In this document: positions 11,318-23,942 of the stretch, piece by piece
Position numbering within the stretch: the stretch's first letter is position 1
Layout: each line of letters begins with the position of its first letter
NCBI GenBank assembly: GCA_030704615.1
Contig: CM060731.1
Location: 11,160,001 to 11,224,000 of the forward strand
Origin: Takakia lepidozioides
Taxonomy: Eukaryota; Plantae; Bryophyta
Length of the DNA: 64,000 bases
Reading direction: 5' to 3'
Position numbers and translations under genes: made by a program
The notes under the pieces: generated by a model
Database searches by the model: none
Seen by the model: only the letters and a program-made list of their open reading frames with translations
What the model was told of the DNA's origin: nothing

Positions 11318-13067
11318 TCAACACTGTCTCCGCCAATGTGAATGACTGAGGAGCCTCGCCTGACGGCTTGCCTCCCCATGTTGTGGATCCAACTCCACCT
11401 CTACACCTCGTGGCTCAGGAACTCGTGCTGCTCCTCGAGTCACGGCTGCAGCAGACTCCACCTGCTTTAGTGGTAGTGCTGCTCCGCACATGAATCCCAT
11501 GCCTCCCATATCTCCTCCCTCAGGCGCAGGAGGTGGACCATCCCGCCTGGGAGCCGGTACCGCCTGAGCTGTAGCCATGGCAGCGAGCCTCTGCTCTAGC
11601 TGCTGAAGCCGGTTGGCCATGCCTTGGTCAACACCCTGACCTCCGCGTCCGTGGCCATGTTGAGCTTGCCCTTGGCCTGCACCTCGTGCCCGACCACCTC
11701 GTCCTCTCTGGGCTGGTCCACCTCGCCCCCGGCCACCATTGTTCCCTTGGAACTGGCCTGGGCGCAACTCAGGATGCAAGTCATAACACTGGGCATCTCC
11801 ATGCCCATACTTGCCACAATGCCCACACTGCAACTGTGCAGGCTGTGTTTGTGCCGGCCTTTTGCCACTCTCTGAGCAATCTCTCTTGACATGGGGTCCT
11901 CCACATGTCCAACATATCACCCCTGGTTGCTGTTGGCCTGCAAAAGATGCCACGGGCCTCTGCACCTGAGGTCCCCTGTAAGCTCCATGGAACTTGGGTT
12001 GGGAAACCTTGCCCCCCTGACCACGCTGTTGGGCAGTCCCTTGTGCCTGTGGGCTGGCAATTGCGCCTCGTGCAGGCATGTCCTTGCCAAACCAATGGTA
12101 ACAACTCGCTCCTCCACCATGTTGAGCTCAATCCGCTCAGCCAGCAGAAACACATCTGCTAATGTGGGTTGGGCTGCTTGTAACAGGGTTGCATCCCGCA
12201 CCCTTCTCCTGAGCTCCTTGTCCAAAATTCCATACCAAAACTGGATTGCCTGAGCTTCAGTAACCCCTTGGGTCACACTTATCAAGCGCCTCATACGAGT
12301 GTAGGCCTCTCGCAAGCTCTCATTGGGTTTGCGCTGGAAGTCTTGCAAACTTTGCAGCTTCTCTGTCCGTACACCTTGGTAGTTCCTCCGCAACTCCTGG
12401 AAGAACTCCACCACCGGGTGAATCTAGGCACATGTGTTGTAGTCGTGGCAGGAGGAGTAGTAGCACCTTTTGAACTGGTACCACCTGCAGAAGTATCGGC
12501 ACTACTTGTTCCACTACTAGTGCTGGTAGTGGGAGATATCGGTACTGATGCAGCTACTGGTCGCATCGTGCCTCGAGTAATGGAGACGTAGTCAGATGAC
12601 CAATACATCCTCCACTCCTCAATCTCTGCTTCATGTCCTCGCCTGAACTCGTGGTAATCGTCCATAGGCGGGCCTTCCAAATGCTGGAACAGCCCTTTCC
12701 ACGCCATGAATGGGGTGAATAGCTGTGGATTGCGCATTTGCTGCAAATCACACCAGCTGTCGAACTCCTGGATAAAGTCATCCAACTCGATTGTGCCCAC
12801 AGCTCCAGAGTACCTACGAGGCCCCTTGGTAGCTCCATACATCTCCTCCATGTCGTCCCACAACAATGGCAAATGAAACTGCACACCTGTTGATGAAGCT
12901 TCCGAGTCTGTGTCTGACTCTGCACTAGTTGAGGGTGGCGGTGAAGGTGGTCTGAACCAAATACCTCGTCTTGTGAACCCACTCTCACTATTACTGCCTG
13001 TAGCCGTACTCCCCTCAAAACCCTTGGGTAACTCCGTGATGACACTCACAATGTGCACCTCCCCCAC
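11318..13067 (-). pseudogene. Copy A gag (capsid-like region, two CCHC zinc knuckles, RGG-rich tract), frameshifted
   Basis: FQRKPNESLREAYTRM; CWTCGGPHVKRDC; CGHCGKYGHGDAQC; GGRGRGG repeats. Confidence 0.85.
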
Positions 13068-14759
13068 GTGACACTATAGGGCTCTAGTACTAATTCTAAT
13101 AGTGACACGGGTGGGCACCTGTTGCAGTTTAAGGGTCATATCCCAATGGCTCAGGGCACCTGCACCTGCATCCACCGCAAGAACTCCTATGGTTGGCTGG
13201 TCATCAACCCAGCCTCACCATAGAAGAAACACTGGTGGTCTTGCTGGTCATCACTCCAGCCTCACCACCGACAGCATACTCTAGGATTGACCGGTGATCA
13301 AATCCGGCCTAATCCCTATGAAAGCAAGCGCCCACACAAAACCAACATGGCGCACAGTCAAGCATGCAGGTGTTGGGGGGGATCCAAACACAAGAAATCA
13401 AAACATCAACACCCCCACACCAAAATCCAGCTGCAATGCTGATCCTGCAGAATATCCCAGCCCAAAACCCCGGACTGACTGGCCTCCACCAAGAGAGGCT
13501 TTGGCAACTACGAGTACAAGGTAATGAAAATAGTACAGAGATGGAGGGGAAGAATAGAAGCCCGCCAAGCAAGATCTAATCCTGATCTATGCTATCAACT
13601 TCCAGACTTCTCTCAAAGTGCCTCGCTCTGCATGATGGTAAGGTGTAGGAGGTATATCTATGTCCAGAAACCTGCCACTAACCTTGTCCCAAGCTACAGT
13701 AGCTCGCTCTAACCAACCCTCCTCCTCTTTCTGCCAGGTAGAGACAAAGCAACACACTGCTATCTCCCGCTCACTGAACACTAAAGAAAACAAAGGTAGG
13801 GTCTGATAGTCTCTCAACTCGAAAGCTTTGAGACGGTTGCGGGTGTCCTCATTGCGAATGACTGCATCTCCTTCAAACAGAACAAACTTGTCCTCGCTAA
13901 TGAACCCCCGCTCGTGGTTGCCTTGTGCAGAGCGTGTCCGGCTGCAACGCTGTCTGATTGCACAAACTTGTGTAGCTCCTGCTCCTCTGCTCTAGTACAC
14001 CACAGCCTTGTGGCTGAACACCTTGGTCCCCGGGGCTGTCTTTGGCTGTGTTCCAAGCCTAGCTTTCACCCACTTTGGTATTTCACTTACAGCTGCAGAA
14101 CTGCTGGCTCCAACAGAGTTCTGACTGTCCAAAGCGATATTGAGGCCCTCAACGCCAACTACAGCAGTCTGTTGTCTACTGCTAATGCCTGACTCCCAGT
14201 ATGCAATCAACTCGTCCAACTGTTCTCCACTCAAATCAGTCTGAGTTCCTTGGGAAACATAAATCTTGTCCCCTTGTGTGCACAGGCTAAGAGAAGAGAC
14301 CTGCCCTTCAATTACGTCCTCATTTCCCCCAGCCATACAAGGAGGACATCCACAGATTTGTCTCTCAAATAGACCAGAATTGGTTCTAGAAACAGAATTG
14401 TGGATCTTTCACGACACACTCACACTCTAAAAATTCCATAGATTTTTAGCAGAGTCCCAAAAACAGAAACCAGGTCTAGATAGGTAGATTTCCCCTTTCT
14501 GCAGCTATTCCCTCAAAAACTGAGTCAAACGGAGCTCATTTGACAGAGATATGGCCAAAGCGGCTCTGTAACTATAATAAATGACCTTAAATAGAAACAA
14601 ATACAACGAAAAATTATTTTAAATTGGTTCCCTTTGGTTCCCTGTTCCCACCTTTTTTTTTTTTTTTTTTTCACTACAGTATAGTCACCGTTCCCAGGTG
14701 CCCATCGATTAATGCACCAACCAAATTGGATTCACCAACGCAATGGTGTATGCTGATGC

Positions 14760-16270
14760 GATACATCTGATGTCAGCCGTCTGTCCAGTACCACAGATTG
14801 GAGGAGAGTAGCAAATCACACGCCCATCTTCCCCAAGCATAGTACAATCCAGGGCTGAAGGATGCAATTGCGACACTGCGCAGATCACATCATCTCCAAA
14901 GGGGCAACTAGCTTGTGAAAGAGATGCCTGCAAACAGGAGTTCCTGGTGGCAGCCATAACAGAAGGCCCGCTCCCTTCTTCCCATTTGCCTCGGCTAAAT
15001 CACCAATCTCTTCAAACAGGGGCACCTATTATCCTCTCCCGTGTATCTACACATTCCGGAGAAGCGGGATCAGTGTTGCCACATCCCTCGACAATATACT
15101 CGATAGATTTGGTGAACCCGATGACCACCTTTGACAGGGCTCAACGCACTCATCCCAGGTATATATTCCCATGTGTACTGTAGGTAGATGGTCATCTCAA
15201 GCTCATCGCCTTCAAAACCCTCCTTCACAACACAGCGCTTCCATCTGTGCAGCACTAAAGGCCTCCCAGGTAACTTTCTACTAAAGGATCTCCTTTGCGG
15301 TCCACAGTCACATTGTGAAGATCACACGCCAAATCCAGTAGCTGACTGCAAATTGTTGTAGCCTCTAATTCGGGTAAAATAATAAACACAACTGGATCGC
15401 TCAGGCACTGTCGACCTTATGGCAGTACACCGGCCCCTAGCTTCTTCTCTATTTTCTACCCTCCTTTGTAAGGGTTAACACGGCACATGATAAGCTAGGG
15501 GCTGGAGAAGCAGTACTGGAATCCATCTCATGCTTTTAAAATGACGCCAACGTCAGCCCATAATTTATCACTCAGCTCCCTGCAACGGATTGTTGTCCGC
15601 TATAGCTCTGTGCCAGGTCAATAGGGATTATGGGCTAAGGTAAACCTTGTGGGCTGCAGCCATTTGTGAGGCATTTAGTGACTGGTGGGGACGAGGCCCT
15701 TACACATTGTCTTCCTGTAGAGAACTTCCTCAAAACAGGTGTAAAAGATTTCAGAGAAGAGTAGAAAAGAAGCAACCGGCACTCACTGCACCCTAGTTTG
15801 TTGACGGCCCCCCGTGTGTCACGGCCGTGGACATTAAGAATCCATATCGGCTCGTAGCCCTCAGCAAGCAGGGAAGGAGCTGCAGTCTCTTCAGCAAAGG
15901 GCGCGGGGATAGTTGACTTGGTGCGCCTGGTCTCCGCACCAACACCAAAGTACTGCATCAACGTCTGTCCAGCTGAGAGCTTCACGCCAGAGCCAGCAGC
16001 CTTCAAATGAGGCAGCGTGTAAGGTAGATTGAGACGAAGAGTGATTCTTCTCCACAGATTTCAGTAGCATCTCCTTATGGGTGTCTACATCATTGCTCGG
16101 TACAGAGAACTCGTACGTGATCCAGTGGTGCAGGTACACGTTGTTCAGAGGCACAGACATACCCTTCTCGTCCACAAACTCCGCATAGCAGTCCCTAATT
16201 CCCAGATGGCCCTTCGGAGCATCCACCACGAAGTGTTTGTTCTTTACGTCTCCAAGACTAGAACAATGCG
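14760..16270 (-). pseudogene. Captured SURNod19 (stress up-regulated Nod 19)-like gene fragment inside copy A leader
   Basis: VDAPKGHLGIRDCYAEFVDEKGMSVPLNNVYLHHW; QYFGVGAETRRT; EGYEPIWILNVH..DTRG..KLGCSECR; CDLHNVT; GEDGRVICYSPPICGTG. Contains stops and a probable intron ~15330-15777. Confidence 0.8.
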
Positions 16271-16600
16271 GCGTCGCTGCTGGGTGGCTGGTTGCAGCCG
16301 CATCACTAATCGAACAACTCTAGAATGCTACCACAGCCTGCCCTGAAATCACCGCTCCAGTGGTCACCCCATTGGCCGCTTCCTCATTATATCCTCTTTC
16401 TTTATTGCTGCCACTTAATCCCCATTCTCAGATATATACACAGGTTGACAAAAATCGTAACAACATCTCAAGCTTTTTGTTCTGCTCCACTCGGCACACC
16501 TAACCAGTCTAACTGCAGACTCCCCGTGACCAAGCTACATTATAATAGTGCTTAAAAACAAAAACATCGTATCTAGCTTAGCACTAGAAAACTAGATAGA

Positions 16601-16617
16601 GCTCATCTCTCTCGAGT
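16601..16617 (-). promoter_or_regulatory. Putative self-priming primer-binding site of copy A
   Basis: Directly abuts A1 and is the exact 17-nt reverse complement of 16800-16816 inside A1. No tRNA-type TGG start. Confidence 0.6.
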
Positions 16618-16966
16618 GATAAGAAAAGCTAAGAACACACTGTTGACACAAAACATGACAACCAAAACCATCACTCTTTAGAATAGAAGTCGAGCCAGGG
16701 GCACCCCAAGCTATGGGGACTCCACCCCACAACAACCTATACTCCCATCATAAGCACACTCAGTCCTAAACGATGCAGGAGCTCGGTCGCGCAGGCTCAA
16801 CTCGAGAGAGATGAGCCACGCGACTGCCGCTCTCGTGAAGATAAGGCCGTTCAAGTGTCAAACTAAACTTGACACCTGATTTAACACTTGACTTAAATCC
16901 AAGTGTTAAATACAAATAACTAGCTTTATTCTAGTTGTTTTCACACTGTGCTTATTTAACTTGACA
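16618..16966 (-). repeat. Copy A 5' terminal repeat A1 (349 bp)
   Basis: Same length as A2 (5127-5475), about 11 substitutions counted by eye. Confidence 0.92.
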
Positions 16967-16970
16967 TTGT

Positions 16971-19190
16971 GTCCACACATCCAGATCATCAAGGTTGAGG
17001 ACTACTGCAGTCTCCCTGCGAATAGATGCAAGCAAATCTGGCTCTTGGCCAAAGAGCAGGAAATAAGGCGAGTACGAGGCAAGTGATGCTTGCTTGTTTG
17101 CTTGCTTGCAAGTGATGCTTGCATAGCCAACCAAGGTAGCTGAAGGTCCCAATCTCCCAAGTGTCCATTCTGCAAGCCATACTTGCACAAGCCTCGCTTG
17201 ACTATTTGCACAACCCTCTCGGCCAAGCCATCAGCCTCGGGATGATCCCGAGAAGGAGTGCGGTGATCTATCAAGGCTTGCTCACACAAAGCCTGAAACT
17301 CCCCCAAGAACTCTCTCCCCTGGTCCATGAGTACCTCGGCTGGAGCACCAAATTGGCTAAGCACTCGATCTAAGAATGCATACGTAGCCCCCTTACTTGT
17401 CTTGTCAGGCAATGCCACCAGTTCAATCCATTTGGAGAAATGTTCCACCATCATCAGCACATACTTGTTATGGCGAATCGTTACTGGCAATGGGCGTACG
17501 AAGTCAAGACTCCAACGATAGCCCAAACCCATAATGGGTAAAGGATGCAATTGTGGAGTAGGTGCATTGAAAGAAACCCGCACTCTATCACACACCATGC
17601 ACTTTGTCACTAACTATTGCACATCCGTGTGCATGCCCCGCCACCAATACTGTCATTGCAGCAAACTATGAGTGCGCCGCACCCCAAAATGTCCATACTC
17701 CTCATGGGCATGGCGTACCAATCGCGCTCGTTGTGTTGGATGAGGCATAATCCTCACTTGTATATCCTTCCATACTCGGAGTAGGTGAGCCCCCTCCCAC
17801 TTGAACCTCTTGGCTCGTTGTAGGATCCGATCTCTTTCCTTAGCAGTCACACTGGCTGCTGTCTCTCTAGTACAAAGATAGGCCAACACTGCTGCATCTT
17901 CATGTACATCCTTAGCACCACGAAGCTCCTCACTGATCTCTGGAAAGTCATGCACACTATCTCTATGACCAATCGCATGGGATGGACCAGCTTGAGCTCC
18001 CATTGCTAGAATGCATAAAAAGGCAGATGCATGTCATCCTGGCACCATCTCCTCATCCATCTCACCATGCCAATGAGCTCTTGTATCATCAAGCTCACTT
18101 GTGCATGGATTGCGACTCAATCCATCCGCATCCCGGTTGACTATTCTGGCTCGATGCACCACCTGGAAGTCGTACTCTTGAAGCATAAGTGCCCACCATA
18201 CAAGCTCCCATGTAAGCTTGTCTGACTCCATCAACACTTCAATGGTTGGTGATCCGTGACAAGCGTGAAGAGATTGACATAGAGGTAGCATCTAATGTAT
18301 CACTGCCCATACTGCAGCTAGACACTCCTTTTCGTAGGGACTGTACTTCGCCTCGGCATCATTGTTCGAGCAGCTAGCATATGCCACTACGAACTCTCTT
18401 CCCTCATCATCCACGTGTGTGAGCACTGCTCCAATCCCCAGCATACTCCAATCCGTATGTAGCTGGAAAGACCGCCCCCGAATAGGTCGCCTCAGAATAG
18501 GCGCAGAAGTCAATCGAGCCTTGAGTTCCTCAAAGGCTTCCTCCTGTTCCTCCTCCTACTGCCACTCTTGACCCACCTTGGTCAACTTGGTAAGAGCCTT
18601 TGCAATGCTGCTAAATCCCTTGACAAACCGTCGATAGTAGTTTGCCAACCCCATGAAAGCACGAACTCTGCTAACATCGATGGGGCATGAAATGCGTGCA
18701 ATGGCCTCCACCTTCATCTTTTGAACACCCAATCCTCCAGGGTATATCATGTGGCCCAAATACTCAATCTGGTTATGGAAGAACTTGCACTTCCCAGGGT
18801 GCAATTTCAACCCATGCGTTCTCAAGCGCTCAAACACCATCTGAAGGTGTCTCTCGTGCTCCTCAATCGTAGCACTAAAGATGATGATGTCATCAATGTA
18901 GCACCGGACGAAGTCTAGCCCCGCAAGAATCATATCCATGACCCTCTGAAACTCTGCAGGAGCATTCTTCAACCCAAATGGTAGGAACTGCCATTGGTAC
19001 AAGCAATCCTTCCCATGTTGGTCAATCCCCCAGAATGTCGTCTTTTGTTTGTCAGCCTCTTTGATTGGCAAATGGTGGTAAACGGATCGCAAGTCCAATG
19101 TGCTAAACACCTTTGCATGCCCAATGGCATCAAAGATCTCCTTTGGAGTTGGCATGGCATATCTATCGGACTTAGAATGACGGTTCACAG
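16971..19190 (-). pseudogene. Copy C integrase, RNase H and RT remnants
   Basis: WSLDF..DQGREF..AER; LHTDWS; YIDDI. RT N-terminus deleted and fused to DNMT near 19190. Confidence 0.88.
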
Positions 19191-20676
19191 CCCAAATCAA
19201 CCCTGGACCATTGTCTCGAAAAGCATGAGATGAGGAAAAACTCATGAGTGTAGGCAAGGCCGCACGTGGTTGTCCCAATCGATTAACCACTGCCAAAGGT
19301 GGATGGTCATCATGTCAATGTCGCACCCTCTGTGGTTGTCTCCCTTGGTCCAAAATGCACTCAACCGTGAGGTTGGGTGGTTGTTGATGGAATCATAGGC
19401 TCTCTTGAGCAACTCTGGTGGTGCAAGATTGGTCCACCACAACCTAGGCTTATGTGCCCATGAACCCACTGCAGCTGCATCCAATAATACGGTTAGTCCA
19501 ATCCAAGACCGCACCTGATGCACATAGCCATAACCCTGGCCCGATAATCCCCCATGAGAGGAACATTCTCCAGGATGTAAGCTGGAGGTTGCACTTGCCT
19601 CACCTGCAAGTCACGCAACACTTGTAACATCTCCCAAAACAAATGTGACATTGCATCATGCAAGCCATTCCCATGACCTGCGGGAGAGTGTCCTTGGCAA
19701 GGCCATCTATCACCAAGTCAATTGCACCATGCTGGCCCAAATCATCCGCCCCCAGCAAGGTAATGTCTGTTGGAAAGGCCTTTTGGTACCCTTGAATTGC
19801 TGAGAGAGACAGCAACTCAGGATACTGGTGTGTGAGCAAGGCAACGTGGCGCATAGAATTACATCGAGCTATCTCATCATTCTCCACATACAAATACTTT
19901 TGTACTTTAATCCCAGCTTGCAACACTCCTGCAAGCCCAGTGCTCATGCCTCCAAACAGGTCTAGCAAACAAATCCTTGAGTCAGATGGTTGCCAGGTAA
20001 TGGGCACTGTGTCCAAATGAGCTAACTAAGGAGGTCCAGGTGATGTCACTGAACTCCCCTCATTCATCAATGGAAATGCCTCATGCCATGCTTGGTGCAC
20101 ACACTCGTCTGCTACTCGCTGCAAATTCCCAACCGTACCCCACAGTGGAATATGAACAGGCACATGAGGAAGCAACTCAGCCTTGTATGCCAGTTGTTTG
20201 TCCTCATCAGATGGTGGCCTATCATCTGCATGGCTATTACCTCCAAGAGCTCACCACCCCAAGCCACAACCCCTAAGAATGCAGCCAATGTGGGCATCAT
20301 GTTCATATGATCCACCGCTACATTCCCAATAAACCGCACTGGGAGCAGTGCACGTTGGCCATCCCCTGACTGCCACTCCGGCCTGTAGGATGTTGTTTCC
20401 TCCCAAAAATCAAGAGTAAATCCCATGGGGTACAACACAGCCCCACCAACAAGCACATCATAGGACATCGCATCCGTAACAAAGGCTTTAGCTCTCATGA
20501 CTGAGCCGTCCGTAGGATGATCCGGCTGCAATCGAATGAAGAGCTCATGGCGTGTATCCATCGCGTCTTCTCTGAACCACCCAAAGATGTTTGAATTTGG
20601 AAATGGCAAGGCTCCAAGTTCGCCTCTGTAAGGCCCAAGCTTGCAATTGCTGCTCTCCCCAACATCAAAGGTTGTG
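19190..20676 (-). pseudogene. Copy C DNMT3-like methyltransferase and protease remnants
   Basis: ICLLDLFGGMSTG, YVENDE, frameshifted IDLVI/WPCQG, YILENV, DAAAVGSWAHKPRLWWTN; YDVLVGGAVL. Confidence 0.85.
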
Positions 20677-21217
20677 TGTCGCGGCCCTTTGCCTTGAGGG
20701 CAGGGGGTCGGGACACGAGAAGGGCTGCCCCTATGGTGGGGGTAGTGCCAACAATAGATGCGGGGGCTGAAGCACCCTAGAGTGCCCAAGGCACTCAAGG
20801 AGGCGGAGGCGCTCACAAGGTGGAGCCCCACAGACCGGGTTGCGGTGGGGGTGGTTCCAAGAGGGGTGGTGGTAGCTTAGTGGGTCTTAGTGGGGGTGGC
20901 ATAGGACTCACCATGGGGCGGAAACCTTGTGGTGGGAGTTGTGGGGAGTCTTGGGACTCATCACGGCCCAATGTGGCAGTGGTGGGTGGGCCAAGACTTA
21001 CCGCGACTCATCACCGAGAGTCGAGGGTTTTCGTGGTGGTTTGCCATAAAATGGCAGGGTTGTTTGTGAAACCCCTGCAGACAGTCACAGAAGTATATAT
21101 AGGGAGTAGTAACCCCGAGAACGGTGCAAGCCCGTTGGTGACCAAAAACTAGTGAGTAAGCGTGCGAGCCGGAAAGCGACCAAGGTGTGGGGAGCTATTC
21201 CGAACTGCCATCGACCA
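20677..21217 (+). repeat. Chromovirus LTR1, left part; runs into pol
   Basis: Colinear with 59254-59795. Confidence 0.8.
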
Positions 21218-22816
21218 GGTGTTCACGGACAATGTCACGGTGAAGTATTTTGCCACGCAACCTAAGTTGTCCCCAAAACAACTTAGGTGGCAAGATACTT
21301 TGGCGGTGTTCGACGTGGATATCCAGTACAAACCGGGAAGGGACAATGTGGTGGCCGATGCCTTAAGTAGAAAGCAGCAGCTCATGTTGGTGTACAGGGG
21401 CGAGACAAAGCTCCAAATGAAGATTCGGAATGCTTACCGGAAGGATGAGATGCGGAAGTCCCTGATGCGGGACTTCAGGATGGGGATTAAATCGCACTTC
21501 CACTTGTAAAATGGACTGCTCCGGTATAAGCAAAAACGTCTCTACGTGCCGAATGGAGGGATCAAAGATAGTCTCCTGAGATAATGCCACGGCGGAGTAG
21601 AGCGCACCGCGGCACTCTTGAAGAAAGAGTATTTATGGCCCAAGCTAAGGGAGTATGTCAAGACATGCATCTCATGCCAACAAAACTAGAGCGAGTACAA
21701 AAAGCAAGCGGGGCTTTTACAACCCTTGCCGATTCCAGAGGGGTCTTAGGAAAGTGTCTCGATGGATTTCATGACTGCTATGCCGCTGTCAAAAGGATTC
21801 GATGCAATCATGGTGGTGGTGGATAGGTTCAGTAAAATGGGCCATTACATTCCCACCAAAGAGACGGCAACTGCGCAGGAGACGGGGCGACTTTACTTCG
21901 CCCACGTCTTTAAGCATCATGGACTCCCGAAAGATATTGTCTCGGACCGCGATCCAAAATTTTGGAGGGCACTTTGGAAGAAGATGGGGACGAGGCTCAA
22001 GATGAGCACCGCCTTCCGACCTATGACAGACGGCCAAACGGAAAGAGTGAATTCCGTGGTGAAGCAACTCTTGCAGAATTACGTGTCGGCAGACCAATCA
22101 GACTGGGTGGAGCACTGGGACGCGGCAGAGTTCTGTTATAATAACACAAAACACTCCGCAATGGGAGTTTCCCCTTTGGTATTGTCTATGGAAAAGCACC
22201 TCTGGTACCAACAAGTTGGGTTGCCCAGGACGTTGAGGAACCGGCAGCAGCGGCGGTGCTGGAAGAACGCAAGCATTTGTTGAAGCTCGCAAAGTACAAC
22301 ATTGCCAAAGCTAGGAAATGGTGTGAACGGCAGGCGAATCGGAAGCGGAGGGAAGTTAAGTTTGAGGCAGGCATGGAGGTCTGGTTGAACATCAAGAATT
22401 TTCGACTACCTCCGGAAGTAAGTCCGAAGTTCGTACCTCCGTATGCGGGACCCTTTCGCATCCGGAAGGTTATGAATGAGGACGTGTATGAATTGGAGCT
22501 GCCGGCAAACAGCAAGGTGCACCCGGTATTCCACGTCTCCCTTTTGAAGCCTTACTTCAAAGATGAAGCGCGCCTGAATCGGCATCAAATGTTGCACCCG
22601 CCACCTGTGCTGTTGGATCATGAAAATGAACTTGAGTACAAGGTGGAGGCAGTGCTTAAGTCGAAGAAGTTCAAGAATCAAGAAACGGAATATCTCGTGA
22701 AATGGAAGGGATATCATCATGTGGAGGCATCTTGGGTGCGTGCCTCAGAAATGGGAAACGCATCCAAGGCGGTTGCAGCTTTAGAAGGGCGACCTCAAAA
22801 GCCGAAGAAGCGTTGA
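21218..22816 (+). pseudogene. Chromovirus RNase H end, integrase and chromodomain (first copy)
   Basis: NVVADALSRK; SMDF..VVVDRFSK..SDRDPKF..GQTER; GPF; HPVFHVSLLK; EYKVEAVL..EYLVKWKGY..SW. Confidence 0.9.
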
Positions 22817-23705
22817 TGGGGACATCAACCTTGGAGCATGGGGGAGGAAATGCATGCTTAGCCCCGCTTAGCTAGCTCATGAATCCGATTGCAAAAACTT
22901 GTATTGTACAAATTTTGTTATAAATGAAATGGTTTCCAAATGTTGTGCGTCTTATTTTGTTTGGAATGGTGATGCATGGTATGGTTGGCTAGTGTGTAGA
23001 ATGCATGCTAGCTTACAAAAGTGGGAGAGGTAAATAGGACGTAGTGCCAAAATCAGGTGACTCCCATCCAAGGGGCAAAGAAACTTGCGCCTTCTTTGGG
23101 AGTTCACGTCCTAGTGCGCACCTAGCGCGTGCGCGTACTATAACTGCCCTACCGAGGGGATTGCCTTGTAGTGCGGGCTAACACGGAAGCTACGTGCTTC
23201 CATTCACGTACTATAATCGTGTAGCCTCGGGATAAAGTCGTAGTGCGGCTTCGGCGTGTTCCCGTCCTCAGGCCAGAATTCCAAGGCGGACCCAATTGTA
23301 GTGATTGGGGCGCACGGTTAGTTCAAGGTTATCTTCCTAGTCAAAAAGGGGTTCAAGGTGAACCCTTGCTCAAGGTGATGCCAAAAGCGGCATCATGAGC
23401 GGTCGCAAGCAATGTTGTTGCAGGAAGGCGATTCGATCCTCGGGGAGGATCGTTCCTTGGCCTTGAAGTAGGCCAAGAAGAGTGCACTGGGTGGAGCTTG
23501 AGAGGCTCCACCCTTGGCCGGGACTTGGAGGAAGTCGGCCGAACTAGCTAGTGGAGAGTAGAGCCAAGTGGGGGTTTGGTTCTTTGCCATGGGACGCCAT
23601 GGTACGGAAATAAACTCCTTGATGTGGGACGCCACAACTTGGATGTTCGTTTCTATAAAATGGACAAGTCGATGAGGACATCGACTCCCTGTTGGTAGGG
23701 GTGTG

Positions 23706-23942
23706 TGTCGTGGCCTTTTGCCTTGAGGGTAGGGGGTCGGGACGTAGAGGGGTTGCCCCTGTGGTGGGGGCGGTGGCAGCGATAGGTGCCGGGGGCTGAA
23801 GCACCCTTGAGTGCCCAAGGCACTCAAGGAGGCGGAGGCGCTCACTAGGTGGAGCCCCACACACCGGTTGGGAGTTAGGAGCGCACATCAAAGCGAGTAA
23901 CTATGACTTGAAGGGGAGCTTACCGAAGTGAGGTGCGCGACA
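23706..23942 (+). repeat. Chromovirus LTR2 (internally deleted, 237 bp)
   Basis: Follows purine-rich GGTAGGGGTGTG, starts TGTCG, ends GCGCGACA. About 1 kb missing versus LTR3. Confidence 0.75.

Larger units (their letters stand above)
5039..16966 (-). mobile_element. Copy A: full-length (11.9 kb) DNMT/PHD Ty3/Gypsy retrotransposon with permuted LTRs, inserted in copy C integrase
   Basis: Element-strand ends TGTCAAG... and ...GCACGACA. 4-bp TSD TTGT (5035-5038 and 16967-16970). Order gag-PR-DNMT-RT-RH-INT-PHD. Confidence 0.92.

Noticed and set aside
5039-16966. DIRS/PAT/Ngaro (tyrosine recombinase) classification because of split repeats
   Set aside because: Has a protease, a DDE integrase, a PPT and 4-bp TSDs; no recombinase motif seen.
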